Source: Paragordius varius
Taxonomy: Eukaryota > Animalia > Nematomorpha
Direction of reading: 5' to 3'
DNA: 64,000 nt
Assembly: GCA_964247055.1 (NCBI GenBank)
Contig: OZ176053.1
Span: forward strand, 13,206,001-13,270,000
Shown: piece by piece, positions 1-11,449 of the stretch
Layout of the letters: each line of letters opens with the position of its first letter
How positions within the stretch are numbered: the stretch's first letter is position 1
Notes under the pieces: generated by a model
The model's database searches: none
What the model was told of the DNA's origin: nothing
What the model saw: only the letters and a program-made list of their open reading frames with translations
Position numbers and translations under genes: made by a program

Positions 1-53
1 AACTTGAGTATTGATGCGACTAGTTTAATACATTAATTTTTAAAGTATCGTTG

Positions 54-167
54 TAAAAATCGGATATGGAAAGAGTTTGTCAAACTATCTCTATATTTTG
101 ATGTAGTCTTACTAAGAAAATTTATAAAAAATTATTTTGTTCACCGGTGACCAATATCCGATTTTTA
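54..167. repeat. Perfect 14-bp intra-monomer inverted repeat (taaaaatcggatat 54-67 / atatccgattttta 154-167), repeated in most monomers
   Basis: Direct reverse-complement match. The spacer is 86 bp within this monomer and 65 bp (78 bp in long units) to the next left arm. Confidence 0.93.
141..150. other. Perfect 10-bp palindrome tcaccggtga (contains AgeI ACCGGT and SgrAI CACCGGTG sites), polymorphic as ccgggg or ccagtg
   Basis: Self-complementary sequence read directly. The ccgggg variant marks B, G and J monomers, and ccagtg marks most H' and many K monomers. Confidence 0.92.
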
Positions 168-537
168 AGGACAAAGTTTAACTTGAGTATTGATGCGACT
201 AGTTTAATACATTAATTTTTAAAGTATCGTTGTAAAAATCAGATATGGAAAGAGTTTGTCAAACTATCTCTATATTTTGATGTAGTCTTACTAAGAAAAT
301 GTATAAAAAATTATTTTGTTCACCGGTGACCAATATCCGATTTTTAAGGACAAAGTTTAACTTGAGTATTGATGCGACTAGTTTAATACATTAATTTTTA
401 AAGTATCGTTGTAAAAATCGGATATGGAAAGAGTTTGTCAAACTATCTCTATATTTTGATGTAGTCTTACTAAGAGAATGTATAAAAAAATATTTTGTTC
501 ACCGGGGACCAATATCCGATTTTTAAGGACAAAGTTT

Positions 538-728
538 AACTTGAGTATTGATGCGACTTATTGATACGATTAGTTTTATACATTAATTTATAAAGTATTG
601 TTGTAATAATCGGATATGAAAGAGTTTGTCAAACTATCTCTATATTTTGATGTAATCTTGCTAAGAGAATGTATAAAAAATAATTTTGTTCACCGGTGAC
701 CAATATCCGATTTTTCAGGACAAAGTTT
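538..728 (+). repeat. Representative long monomer (191 bp, C type) with an internal 13-bp tandem duplication
   Basis: Reads gag-tattgatgcgact-tattgatacgatt-agtttt, versus gag-tattgatgcgact-agttt in short monomers. The next unit starts at 729. Confidence 0.96.
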
Positions 729-2187
729 AACTTGAATATTGATGCGACTAGTTTAATACATTAATTTTTAAAGTATAGTTGTAAAAATCGGATATGAAAG
801 AGTTTGTCAAACTATCTCTATATTTTGATGTAGTCTTACTAAGAGAATGTATAAAAAATAATTTTGTTCACCGGTGACCAATATCCGATTTTTAAGGACA
901 AAGTTTAACGTGAGTATTGATACGATTTATTGATACGACTAGTTTTATACATTAATTTTTAAAGTATCGTTGTAAAAATCGAATATGAAAGAGTTTGTCA
1001 AACTATCTCTATATTTTGATGTAGTCTTACTAAGAGAATGTATAAAAAATAATTTTGTTCACCGGTGACCAATATCCGATTTTTAAGGACAAAGTTTAAC
1101 TTGAGTATTGATGCGACTAGTTTAACACATTAATTTTTAAAGTATCGTTGTAAAATCGGATATGAAAGAGTTTGTCAAACTATCTCTAATATTTGATGTA
1201 GTCTTACTAAGAGAATGTATAAAAAATAATTTTGTTCACCGGTGACCAATATCCGATTTTTAAGGACAAAGTTTAACTTGAGTATTGATGCGACTAGTTT
1301 AATACATTAATTTTTAAAGTATCGTTGTACAATCGGATATGAAAGAGTTTGTCAAACTATCTCTATATTTTGATGTAGTCTTACTAAGAGAATGTATAAA
1401 AAAGTATTTTGTTCACCGGGGACCAATATCCGATTTTTAAGGACAAAGTTTAACTTGAGTAATCATACGACTAGTTTTATACATTAATTTTTAAAGTATT
1501 GTTGTAAAAATCGGATATGAAAGAGTTTGCCAAACTATCTCTATATTTATATGTAGTCCTACTAAGAGAATGTATAAAAAAAATTTTGCTCACCGGTGAC
1601 CAATATCCGATTTTTAAGGACAAAGTTTAACTTGAGTATTGATGCGACTTATTGATACGACTAGTTTATACATTAATTTATAAAGTATCGTTGTAAAAAT
1701 CGGATATGAAAGAGTTTGTCAAACTATCTCTATTATTTGATGTAGTCTTGCTAAGAGAATGTATAAAAAATTATTTTGTTCACCGGTGACCAATATCCGA
1801 TTTTTAAGGACAAAGTTTAACTTGAGCATTGATGCGACTAGTTTAATACATTAATTTTTAAAGTATCGTTGTAAAAATCGGATATGAAAGAGTTTGTCAA
1901 ACTATCTCTATATTTTGATGTAGTCTTACTAAGAGAATGTATAAAAAATTATTTTGTTCACCGGGGACCAATATCCGATTTTTAAGGACAAAGTTTAAGT
2001 TGAGTATTGATACGATTAATTGATACGACTAGTTTTATACATTAATTTTTAAAGTATCGTTGTAAAAATCGGATATGAAAGAGTTTGTCAAACTATCTCT
2101 ATATTTTAATGTAGTCTTGCTAAGAGAATGTATAAAAAATAATTTTGTTCACCGGTGACCAATATCCGATTTTTCAGGACAAAGTTT
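729..2187 (+). repeat. 8-monomer HOR D-E-F-G-H-I-J-K, 1459 bp (recurs at 3470-4928)
   Basis: D monomers start at 729, 2188, 3470 and 4929. Unit sizes 178+191+177+177+177+190+178+191=1459. Confidence 0.9.
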
Positions 2188-5100
2188 AACTTGAATATTG
2201 ATGCGACTAGTTTAATACATTAATTTTTAAAGTATAGTTGTAAAAATCGGATATGAAAGAGTTTGTCAAACTATCTCTATATTTTGATGTAGTCTTACTA
2301 AGAGAATGTATAAAAAATAATTTTGTTCACCGGTGACCAATATCCGATTTTTAAGGACAAAGTTTAACGTGAGTATTGATACGATTTATTGATACGACTA
2401 GTTTTATACATTAATTTTTAAAGTATCGTTGTAAAAATCGAATATGAAAGAGTTTGTCAAACTATCTCTATATTTTGATGTAGTCTTACTAAGAGAATGT
2501 ATAAAAAATAATTTTGTTCACCGGTGACCAATATCCGATTTTTAAGGACAAAGTTTAACTTGAGTATTGATGCGACTAGTTTAACACATTAATTTTTAAA
2601 GTATCGTTGTAAAATCGGATATGAAAGAGTTTGTCAAACTATCTCTAATATTTGATGTAGTCTTACTAAGAGAATGTATAAAAAATAATTTTGTTCACCG
2701 GTGACCAATATCCGATTTTTAAGGACAAAGTTTAACTTGAGTATTGATGCGACTAGTTTAATACATTAATTTTTAAAGTATCGTTGTACAATCGGATATG
2801 AAAGAGTTTGTCAAACTATCTCTATATTTTGATGTAGTCTTACTAAGAGAATGTATAAAAAAGTATTTTGTTCACCGGGGACCAATATCCGATTTTTAAG
2901 GACAAAGTTTAACTTGAGTAATCATACGACTAGTTTTATACATTAATTTTTAAAGTATTGTTGTAAAAATCGGATATGAAAGAGTTTGCCAAACTATCTC
3001 TATATTTATATGTAGTCCTACTAAGAGAATGTATAAAAAAAATTTTGCTCACCGGTGACCAATATCCGATTTTTAAGGACAAAGTTTAACTTGAGTATTG
3101 ATGCGACTTATTGATACGACTAGTTTATGCATTAATTTATAAAGTATCGTTGTAAAAATCGGATATGGAAAGAGTTTGTCAAACTATCTCTATATTTTGA
3201 TGTAGTCTTACTAAGAGAATGTATAAAAAAATATTTTGTTCACCGGGGACCAATATCCGATTTTTAAGGACAAAGTTTAACTTGAGTATTGATGCGACTT
3301 ATTGATACGATTAGTTTTATACATTAATTTATAAAGTATTGTTGTAATAATCGGATATGAAAGAGTTTGTCAAACTATCTCTATATTTTGATGTAATCTT
3401 GCTAAGAGAATGTATAAAAAATAATTTTGTTCACCGGTGACCAATATCCGATTTTTCAGGACAAAGTTTAACTTGAATATTGATGCGACTAGTTTAATAC
3501 ATTAATTTTTAAAGTATAGTTGTAAAAATCGGATATGAAAGAGTTTGTCAAACTATCTCTATATTTTGATGTAGTCTTACTAAGAGAATGTATAAAAAAT
3601 AATTTTGTTCACCGGTGACCAATATCCGATTTTTAAGGACAAAGTTTAACGTGAGTATTGATACGATTTATTGATACGACTAGTTTTATACATTAATTTT
3701 TAAAGTATCGTTGTAAAAATCGAATATGAAAGAGTTTGTCAAACTATCTCTATATTTTGATGTAGTCTTACTAAGAGAATGTATAAAAAATAATTTTGTT
3801 CACCGGTGACCAATATCCGATTTTTAAGGACAAAGTTTAACTTGAGTATTGATGCGACTAGTTTAACACATTAATTTTTAAAGTATCGTTGTAAAATCGG
3901 ATATGAAAGAGTTTGTCAAACTATCTCTAATATTTGATGTAGTCTTACTAAGAGAATGTATAAAAAATAATTTTGTTCACCGGTGACCAATATCCGATTT
4001 TTAAGGACAAAGTTTAACTTGAGTATTGATGCGACTAGTTTAATACATTAATTTTTAAAGTATCGTTGTACAATCGGATATGAAAGAGTTTGTCAAACTA
4101 TCTCTATATTTTGATGTAGTCTTACTAAGAGAATGTATAAAAAAGTATTTTGTTCACCGGGGACCAATATCCGATTTTTAAGGACAAAGTTTAACTTGAG
4201 TAATCATACGACTAGTTTTATACATTAATTTTTAAAGTATTGTTGTAAAAATCGGATATGAAAGAGTTTGCCAAACTATCTCTATATTTATATGTAGTCC
4301 TACTAAGAGAATGTATAAAAAAAATTTTGCTCACCGGTGACCAATATCCGATTTTTAAGGACAAAGTTTAACTTGAGTATTGATGCGACTTATTGATACG
4401 ACTAGTTTATACATTAATTTATAAAGTATCGTTGTAAAAATCGGATATGAAAGAGTTTGTCAAACTATCTCTATTATTTGATGTAGTCTTGCTAAGAGAA
4501 TGTATAAAAAATTATTTTGTTCACCGGTGACCAATATCCGATTTTTAAGGACAAAGTTTAACTTGAGTATTGATGCGACTAGTTTAATACATTAATTTTT
4601 AAAGTATCGTTGTAAAAATCGGATATGAAAGAGTTTGTCAAACTATCTCTATATTTTGATGTAGTCTTACTAAGAGAATGTATAAAAAATTATTTTGTTC
4701 ACCGGGGACCAATATCCGATTTTTAAGGACAAAGTTTAAGTTGAGTATTGATACGATTAATTGATACGACTAGTTTTATACATTAATTTTTAAAGTATCG
4801 TTGTAAAAATCGGATATGAAAGAGTTTGTCAAACTATCTCTATATTTTAATGTAGTCTTGCTAAGAGAATGTATAAAAAATAATTTTGTTCACCGGTGAC
4901 CAATATCCGATTTTTCAGGACAAAGTTTAACTTGAATATTGATGCGACTAGTTTAATACATTAATTTTTAAAGTATAGTTGTAAAAATCGGATATGAAAG
5001 AGTTTGTCAAACTATCTCTATATTTTGATGTAGTCTTACTAAGAGAATGTATAAAAAATAATTTTGTTCACCGGTGACCAATATCCGATTTTTAAGGACA

Positions 5101-8100
5101 AAGTTTAACGTGAGTATTGATACGATTTATTGATACGACTAGTTTTATACATTAATTTTTAAAGTATCGTTGTAAAAATCGAATATGAAAGAGTTTGTCA
5201 AACTATCTCTATATTTTGATGTAGTCTTACTAAGAGAATGTATAAAAAATAATTTTGTTCACCGGTGACCAATATCCGATTTTTAAGGACAAAGTTTAAC
5301 TTGAGTATTGATGCGACTAGTTTAACACATTAATTTTTAAAGTATCGTTGTAAAATCGGATATGAAAGAGTTTGTCAAACTATCTCTAATATTTGATGTA
5401 GTCTTACTAAGAGAATGTATAAAAAATAATTTTGTTCACCGGTGACCAATATCCGATTTTTAAGGACAAAGTTTAACTTGAGTATTGATGCGACTAGTTT
5501 AATACATTAATTTTTAAAGTATCGTTGTACAATCGGATATGAAAGAGTTTGTCAAACTATCTCTATATTTTGATGTAGTCTTACTAAGAGAATGTATAAA
5601 AAAGTATTTTGTTCACCGGGGACCAATATCCGATTTTTAAGGACAAAGTTTAACTTGAGTAATCATACGACTAGTTTTATACATTAATTTTTAAAGTATT
5701 GTTGTAAAAATCGGATATGAAAGAGTTTGCCAAACTATCTCTATATTTATATGTAGTCCTACTAAGAGAATGTATAAAAAAAATTTTGCTCACCGGTGAC
5801 CAATATCCGATTTTTAAGGACAAAGTTTAACTTGAGTATTGATGCGACTTATTGATACGACTAGTTTATGCATTAATTTATAAAGTATCGTTGTAAAAAT
5901 CGGATATGAAAGAGTTTGTCAAACTATCTCTATTATTTGATGTAGTCTTGCTAAGAGAATGTATAAAAAATTATTTTGTTCACCGGTGACCAATATCCGA
6001 TTTTTAAGGACAAAGTTTAACTTGAGTATTGATGCGACTAGTTTAATACATTAATTTTTAAAGTATCGTTGTAAAAATCGGATATGAAAGAGTTTGTCAA
6101 ACTATCTCTATATTTTGATGTAGTCTTACTAAGAGAATGTATAAAAAATTATTTTGTTCACCGGGGACCAATATCCGATTTTTAAGGATAAGTTTAACTT
6201 GAGTATTGATGCGACTTATTGATACGACTAGTTTTATACATTAATTTATAAAGTATCGTTGTAAAAATCGGATATGAAAGAGTTTGTCAAAATATCTCTA
6301 TTATTTGATGTAGTCTTACTAAGAGAATGTATAAAAAATAATTTTGTTCACCGGTGACCAATATCCGATTTTTAAGGACAAAGTTTAACTTGAGTTTTGA
6401 TGCGACTGGTTTAATACCATAATTTTTAAAGTATCGTTGTACAATCCGGATATGAAAGAGTTTGTCAAACTATCTTTATATTTTGATGTAGTCTTACTAA
6501 GAAAATGTATAAAAAACTATTTTGTTCACCGGTGACCAATATCCGATTTTTAAGGACAAAGTTTAACTTGAGTATTGATGCGACTAGTTTAATACATTAA
6601 TTTTTAAAGTATCGTTGTAAAAATCGGATATGGAAAGAGTTTGTCAAACTATCTCTATATTTTGATGTAGTCTTACTAAGAAAATTTATAAAAAATTATT
6701 TTGTTCACCGGTGACCAATATCCGATTTTTAAGGACAAAGTTTAACTTGAGTATTGATGCGACTAGTTTAATACATTAATTTTTAAAGTATCGTTGTAAA
6801 AATCAGATATGGAAAGAGTTTGTCAAACTATCTCTATATTTTGATGTAGTCTTACTAAGAAAATGTATAAAAAATTATTTTGTTCACCGGTGACCAATAT
6901 CCGATTTTTAAGGACAAAGTTTAACTTGAGTATTGATGCGACTAGTTTAATACATTAATTTTTAAAGTATCGTTGTAAAAATCGGATATGGAAAGAGTTT
7001 GTCAAACTATCTCTATATTTTGATGTAGTCTTACTAAGAGAATGTATAAAAAAATATTTTGTTCACCGGGGACCAATATCCGATTTTTAAGGACAAAGTT
7101 TAACTTGAGTATTGATGCGACTTATTGATACGATTAGTTTTATACATTAATTTATAAAGTATTGTTGTAATAATCGGATATGAAAGAGTTCGTCAAACTA
7201 TCTCTATATTTTAATGTAGTCTTGCTAAGAGAATGTATAAAAAATAACTTTGTTCACCGGTGACCAATATCCGATTTTTAAGGACAAAGTTTAACTTGAA
7301 TATTGATGCGACTAGTTTAATACATTAATTTTTAAAGTATAGTTGTAAAAATCGGATATGAAAGAGTTTGTCAAACTATCTCTATATTTTGATGTAGTCT
7401 TACTAAGAGAATGTATAAAAAATAATTTTGTTCACCGGTGACCAATATCCGATTTTTAAGGACAAAGTTTAAGTTGAGTATTGATACGATTAATTGATAC
7501 GACTAGTTTTATACATTAATTTTTAAAGTATCGTTGTAAAAATCGGATATGAAAGAGTTTGTCAAACTATCTCTATATTTTGATGTAGTCTTACTAAGAG
7601 AATGTATAAAAAATAATTTTGTTCACCAGTGACCAATATCCTATTTTTAAGGACAAAGTTTAACTTGAGTATTGATGCGACTAGTTTAACACATTAATTT
7701 TTAAAGTATCGTTGTAAAAATCGGATATGAAAGAGTTTGTCAAACTATCTCTATATTTTGATGTAGTCTTACTAAGAGAATGTATAAAAAATAATTTTGT
7801 TCACCGGTGACCAATATCCGATTTTTAAGGACAAAGTTTAACTTGAGTATTGATGCGACTAGTTTAATACATTAATTTTTAAAGTATCGTTGTAAAAATG
7901 GGATATGAAAGAGTTTGTCAAACTATCTCTATATTTTGATGTAGTCTTACTAAGAGAATGTATAAAAAATTATTTTGTTCACCAGGGACCAATATCCGAT
8001 TTTTAAGGACAAAGTTTAACTTGAGTAATCATGCGACTAGTTTTATACATTAATTTTTAAAGTATTGTTGTAAAAATCGCATATGAAAGAGTTTGCCAAA

Positions 8101-11100
8101 CTATCTCTATATTTATATGTAGTCCTACTAAGAGAATGTATAAAAAAAATTTTGTTCACCAGTGACCAATATCCGATTTTTAAGGACAAAGTTTAACTTG
8201 AGTATTGATGCGACTTATTGATACGATTAGTTTTATACATTAATTTATAAAGTATTGTTGTAATAATCGGATATGGAAAGAGTTTGTCAAACTATCTCTA
8301 TATTTTGATGTAGTCTTACTAAGAGAATGTATAAAAAATTATTTTGTTCACCGGTGACCAATATCCGATTTATAAGGATTAAGTTTAACTTGAGTATTGA
8401 TGCGACTTATTGATACGATTAGTTTTATACATTAATTTATAAAGTATTGTTGTAATAATCGGATATGAAAGAGTTTGTCAAACTATCTCTATATTTTGAT
8501 GTAATCTTGCTAAGAGAATGTATAAAAAATAATTTTGTTCACCGGTGACCAATATCCGATTTTTCAGGACAAAGTTTAACTTGAATATTGATGCGACTAG
8601 TTTAATACATTAATTTTTAAAGTATAGTTGTAAAAATCGGATATGAAAGAGTTTGTCAAACTAATATTTTGATGTAGTCTTACTAAGAGAATGTATAAAA
8701 AATAATTTTGTTCACCGGTGACCAATATCCGATTTTTAAGGACAAAGTTTAACGTGAGTATTGATACGATTTATTGATACGACTAGTTTTATACATTAAT
8801 TTTTAAAGTATCGTTGTAAAAATCGAATATGAAAGAGTTTGTCAAACTATCTCTATATTTTGATGTAGTCTTACTAAGAGAATGTATAAAAAATAATTTT
8901 GTTCACCGGTGACCAATATCCGATTTTTAAGGACAAAGTTTAACTTGAGTATTGATGCGACTAGTTTAACACATTAATTTTTAAAGTATCGTTGTAAAAA
9001 TCGGATATGAAAGAGTTTGTCAAACTATCTCTAATATTTGATGTAGTCTTACTAAGAGAATGTATAAAAAATTATTTTGTTCACCGGGGACCAATATCCG
9101 ATTTTTAAGGACAAAGTTTAACTTGAGTAATCATGCGACTAGTTTTATACATTAATTTTTAAAGTATTGTTGTAAAAATCGGATATGAAAGAGTTTGCCA
9201 AACTATCTCTATATTTATATGTAGTCCTACTAAGAGAATGTATAAAAAAATTTTGCTCACCGGTGACCAATATCCGATTTTTAAGGACAAAGTTTAACTT
9301 GAGTATTGATGCGACTTATTGATACGACTAGTTTATACATTAATTTATAAAGTATCGTTGTAAAAATCGGATATGAAAGAGTTTGTCAAACTATCTCTAT
9401 TATTTGATGTAGTTTAGCTAAGAGAATGTATAAAAAATTATTTTGTTCACCGGTGACCAATATCCGATTTTTAAGGACAAAGTTTAACTTGAGTATTGAT
9501 GCGACGAGTTTAATACATTAATTTTTAAAGTATAGTTGTAAAAATCGGATATGAAAGAGTTTGTCAAACTATCTCTATATTTTGATGTAGTCTTACTAAG
9601 AGAATGTATAAAAAATAATTTTGTTCACCGGTGACCAATATCCGATTTTTAAGGACAAAGTTTAACTTGAGTATTGATACGATTTATTGATACGACTAGT
9701 TTTATACATTAATTTTTAAAGTATCGTTGTAAAAATCGGATATGAAAGAGTTTGTCAAACTATCTCTATAATTTGATGTAGTCTTACTAAGAGAATGTAT
9801 AAAAGATTATTTTGTTCACCGGTGACCAATATCCGATTTTTAAGGACAAAGTTTAACTTGAGTATTGATGCGACTTATTGATACGACTAGTTTTATACAT
9901 TAATTTATAAAGTATCGTTGTAAAAATCGGATATGAAAGAGTTTGTCAAACTATCTCTATTATTTGATGTAGTCTTGCTAAGAGAATGTATAAAAAATTA
10001 TTTTGTTCACCGGTGACCAATATCCGATTTTTAAGGACAAAGTTTAACTTGAGTATTGATGCGACTAGTTTAATACATTAATTTTTAAAGTATCGTTGTA
10101 AAAATCGGATATGAAAGAGTTTGTCAAACTATTTCTATATTTTGATGTAGTCTTACTAAGAGAATGTATAAAAAATTATTTTGTTCACCGGGGACCAATA
10201 TCCGATTTTTAAGGACAAAGTTTAACTTGAGTAATCATGCGACTAGTTTTATACATTAATTTTTAAAGTATTGTTGTAAAAATCGCATATGAAAGAGTTT
10301 GCCAAACTATCTCTATATTTATATGTAGTCCTACTAAGAGAATGTATAAAAAAAATTTTGTTCACCAGTGACCAATATCCGATTTTTAAGGACAAAGTTT
10401 AACTTGAGTATTGATGCGACTTATTGATACGATTAGTTTTATACATTAATTTATAAAGTATTGTTGTAATAATCGGATATGGAAAGAGTTTGTCAAACTA
10501 TCTCTATATTTTGATGTAGTCTTACTAAGAGAATGTATAAAAAATTATTTTGTTCACCGGTGACCAATATCCGATTTATAAGGATTAAGTTTAACTTGAG
10601 TATTGATGCGACTTATTGATACGATTAATTTTATACATTAATTTATAAAGTATTGTTGTAATAATCGGATATGAAAGAGTTTGTCAAACTATCTCTATAT
10701 TTTGATGTAATCTTGCTAAGAGAATGTATAAAAAATAATTTTGTTCACCGGTGACCATTATCCGATTTTTAAGGACAAAGTTTAACTTGAATATTGATGC
10801 GACTAGTTTAATACATTAATTTTTAAAGTATAGTTGTAAAAATCGGATATGAAAGAGTTTGTCAAACTATCTCTATATTTTGATGTAGTCTTACTAAGAG
10901 AATGTATAAAAAATAATTTTTTTCACCGGTGACCAATATCCGATTTTTAAGGACAAAGTTTAACGTGAGTATTGATACGATTTATTGATACGACTAGTTT
11001 TATACATTAATTTTTAAAGTATCGTTGTAAAAATCGAATATGAAAGAGTTTGTCAAACTATCTCTATATTTTGATGTAGTCTTACTAAGAGAATGTATAA

Positions 11101-11449
11101 AAAATAATTTTGTTCACCGGTGACCAATATCCGATTTTTAAGGACAAAGTTTAACTTGAGTATTGATGCGACTAGTTTAACACATTAATTTTTACAGTAT
11201 CGTTGTAAAAATCGGATATGAAAGAGTTTGTCAAACTATCTCTAATATTTGATGTAGTCTTACTAAGAGAATGTATAAAAAATAATTTTGTTCACCGGTG
11301 ACCAATTTCCGATTTTTAAGGACAAAGTTTAACTTGAGTATTGATGCGACTAGTTTAATACATTAATTTTTAAAGTATCGTTGTACAATCGGATATGAAA
11401 GAGTTTGTCAAACTATCTCTATATTTTGATGTAGTCTTACTAAGAGAAT

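Larger units (their letters stand above)
1..179 (+). repeat. Representative short monomer (179 bp, A type; 178 bp without the extra G in atatggaaag)
   Basis: The next copy starts at 180 and the one after at 359. Confidence 0.97.
400..5880 (+). repeat. Recent 15-monomer tandem duplication, 2741-bp period
   Basis: Offsets 538>3279, 729>3470, 2188>4929 and 3088>5829 are all 2741. The private agtttatgc variant is at both 3088 and 5829. Ends are approximate. Confidence 0.9.

Noticed and set aside
1-179. Monomer derived from an ~89-bp half-repeat (ttgatg twice; gtcaaact/gacaaagt)
   Set aside because: Only 6-8 bp patches match, at inconsistent offsets (86-92). This is expected by chance in AT-rich DNA.
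1-179. tRNA/5S rDNA-derived or telomeric repeat
   Set aside because: No A/B boxes, 5S-like sequence or telomere motif. The branched fold has no tRNA stem-loop dimensions.
1-179. Phased A-tract curvature
   Set aside because: A/T tracts are present (about 37, 55, 96, 125, 135, 162) but do not show a consistent ~10.5-bp phase by inspection. A curvature calculation would be needed.
174-202. Helitron-like 3' end (hairpin followed by CTAG)
   Set aside because: The aagtt-t-aactt hairpin is short and AT-rich, and CTAG is a common 4-mer. There is no other Helitron evidence.
8195-8386. Compensatory mutation of the 14-bp IR arms in C' (taataatc / gatttata)
   Set aside because: The two substitutions are offset by one position and create two mismatches rather than restoring pairing.
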